A program made the position numbers and the translations under genes. The notes beneath the pieces were generated by a model, which saw only the letters and a list, made by a program, of their open reading frames with translations, was not told the DNA's origin and searched no databases. From Candidatus Staskawiczbacteria bacterium (lineage in GTDB: Bacteria > Patescibacteriota > Minisyncoccia > Minisyncoccales > Staskawiczbacteraceae): a stretch of DNA of 64,000 nt. Every line of letters begins with the position of its first letter. Within the stretch, counting starts at the first letter, position 1. The stretch is taken from positions 8,081 through 72,080 of the forward strand of contig JAPLZC010000006.1 in NCBI GenBank assembly GCA_026395215.1. The letters are read 5' to 3'. Of this stretch, positions 10,016 through 17,986 are shown piece by piece.

Positions 10016-10156
10016 CGACCAGTTGGTGGTAGTCATACATAAAAATATCCTTATCCTTGTGTAGTCTCTTCGGAGATTGCGCAAGGATTTTTTTTGCATA
10101 AAAACTATTGTGCGACAATTTGTTTGACAAAAGAGGAAAATAATGTAAAATAATAA

Positions 10157-10216
10157 GACAACTCTGGTCTTTGACATTTTACAGTTTTTATCTTTGCCCG
10201 CAAAGCAGAGAGCTGT
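10157..10216 (+). repeat. 60-nt 5' leader, copy 2
   Basis: 59/60 identical to 8264-8323; follows TTGACA(10124)-N16-TAAAAT. Confidence 0.92.
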
Positions 10217-10252
10217 GTGGTATTTAGGCTAGAGAGAAAGAAGGCAGGAACA

Positions 10253-11386
10253 ATGAAGCGGCAAATGTTTAATCGTGGGCCAGTCACACAAAGGTCAATG
10301 CCTTTTTGGCCGTTGCAGTACCGCGGGACAGATCCTTTTGGCGGTCCGATTTTGGGCGCCATGGATTCATTGGAAACAGCCGATCTGCTGTGTTGGGCGG
10401 GAAAAGAAGGATTCATTGAACTAACCTCGGCCCATGATGATGACTTGGTGCCGTGGAATCCGAAGAGGCCGGAAGACGACCTGGATAAAAGCGGACTAGT
10501 CTACGGACGGCTTATGGAAATCCGTCAAAAACTCGACGCCGCCAACGTGGGTTTTCACATGGTTACCTGTTGTCTGCACGGAGACCCTATGTTCCGGCGC
10601 GGTGGGCTAACCAACCCCGATCCGAAAATTCGTGAACTGGCTAAGCTCAAAGTTCAGCGCACTTTGCGCATTGGCAGTATGCTCGGCGCCAAGCGGTTCA
10701 CCTACTGGGTGGCCCGCGACGGTTTCGAGGTGATGATCACTGTCGATCCGAAGGTGATGGACTGGTTGGCTGAAGGGTTGAATAGCGCAATCAGCTACAT
10801 GACTGAGGCCAGTCTGGACTACGATATGGCCACAATTGAACCCAAACCCAACGAACCGCGCGGACACATGTACCTGCCAACAGCAGGTCATGCCGCGGCC
10901 TTCACTCAAGCTCTCAACGAGCCAGGTTTCTGGAAAGTGAATCCGGAATTAACCCAGCACGAAGGTATGGCTGGGCTTGACCCGATTACTTGCATTCGCC
11001 TGCTCGTCAAGCTCGACAAATTGGGATTCCTACACTTCGGCAACCAGATTAACGGTCAGTTCGACAACGATTTTCCGCCGTTGGTTGGCCCGGAGCATCT
11101 CAAAGAAACAGCCGAGATGTTCCGCGTGCTTGAACAGCTCGGCTGGAAAGGTGTGGTTGAATATGACTGCCACGCATTGCGTTCTGAATTGAATCCGGAT
11201 GATTCGCTCGGATGCAAGAAGGACTTCATTGTAGACTGCACCATGGGCCTTTCCATCTCGCTCAAATTGGCGGAGCGGATTAAAAGCCTTGTGTTCGGCA
11301 TGCGCGAGAGCCAAGCTGATCTCAATTCGATTATGTTGCTTTGCAATCTTTCAGACGAAGATGTTAGTCATTACCTTGTTCGATAA
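10253..11386 (+). CDS. Xylose isomerase family protein (class I-like)
   Basis: DPFG, HDDDL, GLTNPD..R, W..RDG, IEPKPNEPRG, VNPE..HE motifs; ATG at 10253 preferred. Confidence 0.8.
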   Translation: MKRQMFNRGPVTQRSMPFWPLQYRGTDPFGGPILGAMDSLETADLLCWAGKEGFIELTSAHDDDLVPWNPKRPEDDLDKSGLVYGRLMEIRQKLDAANVGFHMVTCCLHGDPMFRRGGLTNPDPKIRELAKLKVQRTLRIGSMLGAKRFTYWVARDGFEVMITVDPKVMDWLAEGLNSAISYMTEASLDYDMATIEPKPNEPRGHMYLPTAGHAAAFTQALNEPGFWKVNPELTQHEGMAGLDPITCIRLLVKLDKLGFLHFGNQINGQFDNDFPPLVGPEHLKETAEMFRVLEQLGWKGVVEYDCHALRSELNPDDSLGCKKDFIVDCTMGLSISLKLAERIKSLVFGMRESQADLNSIMLLCNLSDEDVSHYLVR

Positions 11387-11412
11387 AAGCAGGAAAACAA
11401 ACATTTGAAATG

Positions 11413-11443
11413 GCCCCGAGTTAACAGCTCGGGGATTTTTTTT
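11413..11443 (+). terminator. Intrinsic terminator
   Basis: CCCCGAG-ttaacag-CTCGGGG followed by T-tract. Confidence 0.8.
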
Positions 11444-11477
11444 ATGTCTATCCGTGGTAGACAGGCGACAGAGGGGC

Positions 11478-11636
11478 TTGACATAAAAGTGTAACGGAGT
11501 AATATAAAGCCATGAATAAAAACTTTGCCCTATTGTTAAGCTTGTTGTTATTGGACAAACAGTCTAGGGGGTTTTTGATAAAATAAACACAAAATAAAAT
11601 TACATATCAAAAAATCCTCCTAGAAAGAGGATTTTT
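11478..11636 (+). promoter_or_regulatory. Putative leucine-sensing transcription attenuator with leader peptide 11512-11586
   Basis: TTGACA-N16-TAATAT; MNKNFALLLSLLLLDKQSRGFLIK; alternative stems 11563-11580/11605-11624 and 11610-11636. Confidence 0.7.
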
Positions 11637-11687
11637 CAGTGTGTAATTTTGTCAGCACTTTCACAACTCAAAGAAAGGACGGATCCT

Positions 11688-11969
11688 ATGTCCATTGTCA
11701 CAACAAAAGAACTTACGCACAAATTCGTCGTTCCAACAACGCGCCACCCAGAGTACGGTTGGTTCTATGCTTTCGTTTTTAGCGTAGATCAAAACGAAAT
11801 CTGCAAACTACTTGCGTGGTGGAGTGCGAATATTTGTAGAGAGATTTGGGTGCCAGTGGGAACAATCGAGTCGTTCACGTTGTTTGATAATGATAAAGAG
11901 GCTAAAGCATGTTTAGAAGAAAGAAAATCGGCCTCATCCAATCCAAAAGGTTGTCGGCTTCGTTGCTGA
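11688..11969 (+). CDS. Hypothetical protein (93 aa) downstream of the attenuator
   Basis: GAAAGGA SD before ATG 11688; terminator at 11987-12012. Confidence 0.6.
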   Translation: MSIVTTKELTHKFVVPTTRHPEYGWFYAFVFSVDQNEICKLLAWWSANICREIWVPVGTIESFTLFDNDKEAKACLEERKSASSNPKGCRLRC

Positions 11970-12085
11970 CAGCGTACTAGTCTTGTGCCTCACTTCGGTG
12001 GGGCTTTTTTTTGCTTTGCCTCGCCGAAGCTTTTAGCGTAGGCGGGAGCTGTGCATAACTAAGGGTGTTGACTGGGTAGTGTGAA

Positions 12086-12131
12086 GTGGAGTATAAATAA
12101 GCTACAGTGGGTAAAAGTGGATAACAGTGGG
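12086..12131 (+). promoter_or_regulatory. MraZ-binding direct repeats
   Basis: GTGG(G/A) at 12107, 12117, 12127 (10-bp period) plus 12086, upstream of mraZ. Confidence 0.8.
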
Positions 12132-12141
12132 ATAACTAATT

Positions 12142-12573
12142 ATGCTAATAGGACAATACGAACACACAATTGATATCAAAAAGCGCCTAGCCCTGCCTGC
12201 AAAATTTAGGGGGGAACTTGGTGATAAAGTAATTGTTACAAAAGGAATTGAATCTTGCTTGGTGGTTTATACTGAAAAAGAATTTAAAATAATGTCAGAT
12301 AAAATAAGTAATTTAACAATCAGCCAATCAGAAGCAAGAAGTTTTACCAGAACAATGCTAGCAGGAGCTATGGAAGTAAATTTTGATAAGCTTGGAAGAA
12401 TATTGGTTCCAGACTATTTAAAAAAATACGCTAATTTAAATAAAAATGTTGTTATTTGCGGATTGTCCAATAGACTAGAAATTTGGGATGCAGAAAATTG
12501 GAATGCTTGGACAAAGGAAGCTGAAAAAGGAGTAAGTGATATAGTCTCTAAGCTTGGAGGATTAGGTATATAA
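12142..12573 (+). CDS. mraZ: Division/cell wall cluster repressor MraZ
   Basis: GQYEHTID.K.RL..P.KFR, DKLGRILVP, RLEIWD. Confidence 0.96.
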   Translation: MLIGQYEHTIDIKKRLALPAKFRGELGDKVIVTKGIESCLVVYTEKEFKIMSDKISNLTISQSEARSFTRTMLAGAMEVNFDKLGRILVPDYLKKYANLNKNVVICGLSNRLEIWDAENWNAWTKEAEKGVSDIVSKLGGLGI

Positions 12574-12577
12574 CATT

Positions 12578-12662
12578 AACGAATAACGAATCTATTACAA
12601 ATATACGAATTCGTAAATTTGTACGGAATTCGTAATTCGATGATAGAGCAAAGCGATTATGA
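12578..12662. repeat. Intergenic hairpin array, family B copy 1
   Basis: ACGAAT units, TACGAATTCGTA core at 12604, ATTCGT units; shares 35/36 nt with 13603-13638. Confidence 0.85.
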
Positions 12663-13546
12663 TACATACAGCGGTTCTTAAAAAAGAAGTTCTTGAATAT
12701 TTAAACCCGCAACAAAATGAAAATTTTGTTGATTGCACAGTGGGCGAGGGAGGGCATTCTGAAGATATTTTAAATAAAAATGGGCCTGAAGGAAAAGTTT
12801 TGGGAATTGATTTAGACCCACAACAAATTGTGGCTAGCCAATGGTTGCATGTGCAGTTTAAAGAAAGGATAATTTTGGCTAACGATTCTTATATAAATGT
12901 AAGAGAAATTGCTGAAAGGAAAAATTTAGGCCAAGTTAACGGAATATTGTTGGATTTAGGAATGTCATCTGCACAGTTGGTTAGGGCACACAAAGGATTT
13001 TCATTTCAGGTAGATCAGGGTTTGGACATGAGATATAACGACGAGACAGGATATTTGACGGCAGAAAAAATAGTTAATGAATGGCCGGAAGAAAAAATTG
13101 CAGAAATTTTGGAAAATTACGGAGAAGAAAAATTTGCGAAAAAAATTGCCAAAAATATTGTTGAAGAAAGAAAAAAAGGAAGAATAAAAACAACATTCCA
13201 ACTTATAGAAATTATAAAGGACGCCACACCATCTGCATATTGGAGAGGGAAAATTCATTATGCTACCAGAACCTTCCAAGCCTTAAGAATTGCGGTCAAC
13301 GACGAGCTTGAAAGCATTAAGAGAGTTTTGCCAGAGGCAGTTTCACTTTTAGCGCCCGATGGAAGGCTTGTGGTTATATCATTTCATTCTTTAGAGGATA
13401 GAATTGTTAAGAACTTTTTTGCAGAGCAGGCAAAAAAGGGAGTATTAAAAATAATAACAAAAAAGCCTATAACAGCCAGCAGAGATGAACTTGGGAAAAA
13501 TCCCAGAGCCAGGTCTGCAAAACTGAGAGTGGCAGTAAAAATATAA
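12659..13546 (+). CDS. rsmH: 16S rRNA m4C1402 methyltransferase
   Basis: DCTVGEGGHS, DLGMSS.Q, TFQALRIAVNDEL, SFHSLEDRIVK, NPRARSAKLR. Confidence 0.97.
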   Translation: MIHTAVLKKEVLEYLNPQQNENFVDCTVGEGGHSEDILNKNGPEGKVLGIDLDPQQIVASQWLHVQFKERIILANDSYINVREIAERKNLGQVNGILLDLGMSSAQLVRAHKGFSFQVDQGLDMRYNDETGYLTAEKIVNEWPEEKIAEILENYGEEKFAKKIAKNIVEERKKGRIKTTFQLIEIIKDATPSAYWRGKIHYATRTFQALRIAVNDELESIKRVLPEAVSLLAPDGRLVVISFHSLEDRIVKNFFAEQAKKGVLKIITKKPITASRDELGKNPRARSAKLRVAVKI

Positions 13547-13549
13547 ACC

Positions 13550-13638
13550 ATCAACGAATAACGAATCCAATACGAATATACGAATTCGTAAATTCGTAAC
13601 TAAATTCGTAATTCGATGATGGAGCAAAGCGATTATGA
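13550..13638. repeat. Intergenic hairpin array, family B copy 2
   Basis: TACGAATTCGTA core at 13579; ends GAGCAAAGCGATTATGA like copy 1. Confidence 0.85.
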
Positions 13639-13994
13639 CAACAGCAGTATTAGGATATTTAAAGGTTCAAAAAAGCATCCAATCTAAAGTAAGATCAATA
13701 AATCTTCCTGTTATTAATTGGAAATCGGTTTGTTTTGTGGGATTTTTTGTCAGCTTATCTTTGCTTGTCTTTTACGTTTGGCAAATTAATAATTTGACAA
13801 GAGGTTCTTTTCTGGTAAATAGCTATGAAACGCAAATTAGCAAGCTTTCGGCAGAGAATAAAAATTTACAGGTTTCATTTGCCGAGAACAGCTTTTTGGG
13901 GCAGGCTATGGAAAAAATTCAAGCATTAAATTTTCAAAAAACAACTTCTGTAAAATATATACAAATTCCTGACAGCTCGGTTGCAATAAAATGA
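13635..13994 (+). CDS. FtsL-like bitopic division protein
   Basis: Single TM plus coiled coil, positioned between rsmH and the PBP. Confidence 0.65.
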   Translation: MTTAVLGYLKVQKSIQSKVRSINLPVINWKSVCFVGFFVSLSLLVFYVWQINNLTRGSFLVNSYETQISKLSAENKNLQVSFAENSFLGQAMEKIQALNFQKTTSVKYIQIPDSSVAIK

Positions 13995-15709
13995 AAAAGC
14001 CTAAAAGCTGGCGTGTAAATATAGTATTTATTTTTATATTACTTTTTGGGGCAGCTATAATAAGCCGCCTGTTTTTTCTGCAAATAATTGAAAGAAAGCT
14101 TTACGAGTCGCAAGCGCTTGGTCAACAAACCACATTTAGCAATGTTGTAGGTACAAGGGGACAAATTTTTTGCGAAAATAGTCAAGAAACCAAAGGGGTA
14201 CAAGGATCGGGCGAAGTTAAAAGTCTGGCAATAAATAAAGATAGTTGGACAATATCGGCAAGCCCTAAAGACATACCAGACAAGCAGAAATTTGCAGAGT
14301 TGTTAAGCCAAATTACAAAGCAAACTGTTAAGCAAATACTTACACTGTTAGACGGCTCAAATAGCTATGCTGTTTTGCAAAAAGATTTGTCGGGAGAGCA
14401 ATTAGATGAAATTAAAGCCTTAAATTTAAAAGGGCTGTCTTGGCAGAATATTCCCGATAGATTTTATCCGCAAGGCGAAATGGCTTCGCAGACAATTGGA
14501 TTTTTAGGTGGAGCCGGCTCGGGGCAATATGGCGTTGAGGGATATTATGAAGATGTTTTAAAAGGCAAATCGGGGGTTGTGGTAGAAAAATCCGGGATTG
14601 GTTCCCTTTTTTCAAATAACAGCCAGATATCTTTAAATGGATCTGATTTGTATCTGACAATTGATTATAACATTCAATTTCAGGCAGAAGAATTGTTGAA
14701 GCAAGAGCAGAAAAAAAATGATATAGATTCGGGTCAGATAATTGTTATGAGGCCGGACACCGGCAAGATTTTAGCCTTGGCTGAGTTTCCAAGTTTTAAT
14801 CCAAATCAATATTCTAGAGAGGCAGATTTGAATATTTTTCAAAACTCTGCTGTGCAAAAACTTTTTGAGCCTGGTTCTATTATGAAGCCATTTACAATGG
14901 CAGCAGCTTTAAATGAAGGAAAAATAACGCCTGACACAACCTATACTGACACGGGCGTTGTAGATTTTGGGAAGTATCAGATTCATAATTTTGCCAACGA
15001 AAAATATGGTCTACAGACTATGACACAAGTCCTTGAAAGTTCAATTAATACTGGGGCAGTATATGCTGAACAACAAATTCCTCACAAAACATTTTTCAAT
15101 TATTTGGATAATTTCGGATTTTTTCAAAAAACAGGAGTTGATTTGCAAGGAGAAACTTATTCTAGCAACTATTTGCTGAAAAACGGACCCGATGTAGAAT
15201 ATGCGACTGCTTCATTTGGACAGGGAATTGAATTAACTCCACTTCAAATTGCCAGAGGATTTTGTGCAATTGCTAACGGCGGAAAACTGGTTAAGCCATA
15301 TATGGTTGAAAAAATTATAAATGGGAAAGATGAGGTAAAAACAAGGCCAGATGTTTCTGACCCAATTATTTCTAAGCAGACAGCTTCGCAATTGAATATG
15401 ATGTTAATTAATGTGGTTGATAAGGGTTTCAATAGTGTGGCAAAAATTCCGGGCTATTATTTGGCTGGGAAAACGGGAACAGCCCAAGTTCCATTAAAAA
15501 ATGGAAAAGGATATGAACAAGACAAAACCATCCAGAGTTTTGTGGGCTATGGTCCGGCTTTAAATCCGCAATTTTTAATAATGGTAAAATTAGATAATCC
15601 AAAGGTTCCCAAATCATCTCTCTCGGCAGTTCCTGTTTTCAAAAAACTAGCCCAATACATAATCAACTACTGGCAAATCCCCCCAGACTATGATATAAAT
15701 GCTAAATAA
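13991..15709 (+). CDS. ftsI: Class B penicillin-binding protein (FtsI-like)
   Basis: EPGSIMK (SxxK), SIN (SxN), KTGTAQ; dcw context. Confidence 0.9.
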   Translation: MKKPKSWRVNIVFIFILLFGAAIISRLFFLQIIERKLYESQALGQQTTFSNVVGTRGQIFCENSQETKGVQGSGEVKSLAINKDSWTISASPKDIPDKQKFAELLSQITKQTVKQILTLLDGSNSYAVLQKDLSGEQLDEIKALNLKGLSWQNIPDRFYPQGEMASQTIGFLGGAGSGQYGVEGYYEDVLKGKSGVVVEKSGIGSLFSNNSQISLNGSDLYLTIDYNIQFQAEELLKQEQKKNDIDSGQIIVMRPDTGKILALAEFPSFNPNQYSREADLNIFQNSAVQKLFEPGSIMKPFTMAAALNEGKITPDTTYTDTGVVDFGKYQIHNFANEKYGLQTMTQVLESSINTGAVYAEQQIPHKTFFNYLDNFGFFQKTGVDLQGETYSSNYLLKNGPDVEYATASFGQGIELTPLQIARGFCAIANGGKLVKPYMVEKIINGKDEVKTRPDVSDPIISKQTASQLNMMLINVVDKGFNSVAKIPGYYLAGKTGTAQVPLKNGKGYEQDKTIQSFVGYGPALNPQFLIMVKLDNPKVPKSSLSAVPVFKKLAQYIINYWQIPPDYDINAK

Positions 15710-15723
15710 ACAGCTGAATAATT

Positions 15724-15798
15724 GGCCCCATCGTCTAGCCTGGTCTAGGACATTTCCTTCTCAAGGAAGTAACTCGGGTTCGAATCCCGATGGGGCCA
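15724..15798 (+). tRNA. tRNA-Glu(CTC)
   Basis: GGCCCCA/TGGGGCC acceptor; anticodon loop TTCTCAA; GGTTCGAATCC. Confidence 0.93.
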
Positions 15799-15850
15799 CA
15801 AACGGGCGGGTTATACACATAGCCCGTTTTTTGTTTTAATGGTAAAATAG

Positions 15851-16999
15851 ATGAATATGTTAAAGGATTTATTTAAGGATTATATTTATCCTGTAGCGGT
15901 GTTTTCGGGGGGGATGGTAGGCGTGGGGTTTTTGTCCCTGCCATATATTGCAGTGCAGACCGGTATTTGGATTATGCTTGGTTATTTTTTGGTTATAACG
16001 GCAATAGTAATTGCGCTTAATTTAATTTTTTGCCAAATAAGTTTAAAGACCCCTGATTACAAAAGATTCCCGGGATTTGTGGGACATTACCTTGGAAAAT
16101 ACGCCAAAGCCTTTTCAATGATATCGGTAATTTTTGCAACCGTTGGAGTACTTCTGGTTTATTTATTAGTTGGTGGCAAGTTTCTAACTACTGTTTTCCA
16201 ACCAATTTTTTCCGGGAGCGTTTTAACCTATGTGCTTATTTATTTTTTCATTGCAAGCATAATTATATATTTTGATATAAAAGTTGTTGCCAGAGCGGAG
16301 TTTTGGATTATAGCCTTACTTTTTTTATCTCTGCTTGTAATTTTTATAGAAGGTTTTTCCCAAGTCAAACTCTCTAATATATTTATTTCAAATTTTAAAC
16401 TTCAAATTTCAAATTATTTCCTGCCTTATGGTCCGCTGTTATTTGCTTTGTGGGGGATTGGGTTAATACCAGAAGTGGAGGAAATGCTTGCCGGCAGAAA
16501 ACATTTACTTAAAAAAACAGTTTTGATTTCAACTATAATAGTTTCTGTTTTTTACTTTTTGTTTATTCTCTTAATAACCGGAATTACCGGAGCAAGAACC
16601 GAGCAGACGGCCTTAATTGGACTTAATAATTTTTTACCAGGTATACTTGTTTCAGTTGCTATTTTTATGGGTATTCTCGCAACTTTTACCGCTTTTATTA
16701 CCCAGGGAATTATTTTTAAAAAAACACTTATGTTTGATTTAAAAATCAAGCATTGGCAGGCCTTTGTAATGACCTGCTTTCCACCGTTGATACTTTTTTT
16801 GCTTGGAATAAACTCTTTTATACCCTTGTTGTCCTTTATTGGAGGAGTTCTTTTAGGAATCAACGGAATTTTAATTTTATTAATGTATAGAAAAATATCT
16901 TGCTTGCCGGCAGAAAAAATAAAAAAGAATATCATAATCTGGGTTTTGTCTTTAGTCTTTTTATTAGGTTTAATTTACGAGATAATATACTTTATTTAA
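15851..16999 (+). CDS. Amino acid permease (aromatic amino acid transporter-like)
   Basis: G.GFLSLPY N-terminal motif; many TM helices. Confidence 0.8.
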   Translation: MNMLKDLFKDYIYPVAVFSGGMVGVGFLSLPYIAVQTGIWIMLGYFLVITAIVIALNLIFCQISLKTPDYKRFPGFVGHYLGKYAKAFSMISVIFATVGVLLVYLLVGGKFLTTVFQPIFSGSVLTYVLIYFFIASIIIYFDIKVVARAEFWIIALLFLSLLVIFIEGFSQVKLSNIFISNFKLQISNYFLPYGPLLFALWGIGLIPEVEEMLAGRKHLLKKTVLISTIIVSVFYFLFILLITGITGARTEQTALIGLNNFLPGILVSVAIFMGILATFTAFITQGIIFKKTLMFDLKIKHWQAFVMTCFPPLILFLLGINSFIPLLSFIGGVLLGINGILILLMYRKISCLPAEKIKKNIIIWVLSLVFLLGLIYEIIYFI

Positions 17000-17006
17000 T
17001 TTTATT

Positions 17007-17981
17007 ATGAATATAATTTTTCAAATTATAATTTTTGGATTTTCTTGTGTGGGGCTATTTCTTGGCGGTAAATTTATGTCAAATTCTGCTATAAGAATTT
17101 CAAAGTTTTTGGGTTGGAAAGAGTTTGTTGTTTCCTTTTTTCTTATTTCTTTTATAGCGTCTTTGCCTGAAATTTCTATTGGTATAACTGCTGCCCTCAA
17201 AGGAATACCAGAATTGTCATTTGGAAATATAATTGGGTCTAATATTATCCACTTTACGCTAGCTATTGGGTTATCTGTTTTAATGCTTGGTGGCGTCACA
17301 ACCAACAGTAGAACAGTACAAATAGGCTCTACTTTTGCAGCCGTTGTCGGAGTTTTTCCTTTATTTATGCTTTGGGATGGAGTTGTGGGTAGAATAGATG
17401 GCGTTATTCTTATGCTTTCATTTATTGTTTATACAGTCTGGATATTTTCAAAAAAAGAACATTTTACAAAAGTTTATAAATTTAAGAAGGGGATTAAAGA
17501 GATAAGCACAGGAGTTGGGAGTTTTTTTAAAGATATAATATTTTTAGCAATTGGTTCTATTTTTATTTTGTTAAGCGCGCAGGGAATTGTTGTTTCAGCT
17601 TCCGATCTTGCGGGCGCCTTAAATGTTCCTGTTGGGCTTATTGGACTTTTAATTGTAGGTATAGGAACTGCCTTGCCAGAGTCATATTTTTCGGCAATGT
17701 CTGCTACCAAAAACCAGTCATGGATGATTTTAGGTAATCTTATGGGATGTGTTGCTATTACAGCAAGCTTTGTTTTGGGTATGGTTGCGGTAATACATCC
17801 AATTGTAATACAAGATCAGTCGCCATATATATTGGCTCGTATATTTTTGATTCTTTCTGCTTTACTATTTCTATTTTTTTCAAAAAATGATAAAAAAATA
17901 AGTCGAAGAGAAGCTATAATTTTAATTTTAATATACGTGGTTTATTTATTAGCAGAAATTTTTATTCGACAAAAATTATAA
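17007..17981 (+). CDS. Sodium:calcium antiporter (CaCA family)
   Basis: SLPE..GNIIGSN and GTALPE..GNLMG alpha repeats. Confidence 0.88.
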   Translation: MNIIFQIIIFGFSCVGLFLGGKFMSNSAIRISKFLGWKEFVVSFFLISFIASLPEISIGITAALKGIPELSFGNIIGSNIIHFTLAIGLSVLMLGGVTTNSRTVQIGSTFAAVVGVFPLFMLWDGVVGRIDGVILMLSFIVYTVWIFSKKEHFTKVYKFKKGIKEISTGVGSFFKDIIFLAIGSIFILLSAQGIVVSASDLAGALNVPVGLIGLLIVGIGTALPESYFSAMSATKNQSWMILGNLMGCVAITASFVLGMVAVIHPIVIQDQSPYILARIFLILSALLFLFFSKNDKKISRREAIILILIYVVYLLAEIFIRQKL

Positions 17982-17986
17982 ATTTT

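Noticed and set aside
8264..10216. 60-nt repeat as a DGR TR/VR pair or IS ends
   Set aside because: Non-coding, direct orientation, one mismatch, and no reverse transcriptase or transposase nearby.
12578..13638. Repeats as a CRISPR array, with the 27766 nuclease as cas4
   Set aside because: No regular repeat-spacer periodicity and no cas1/cas2; the nuclease is a solo PD-(D/E)XK protein.
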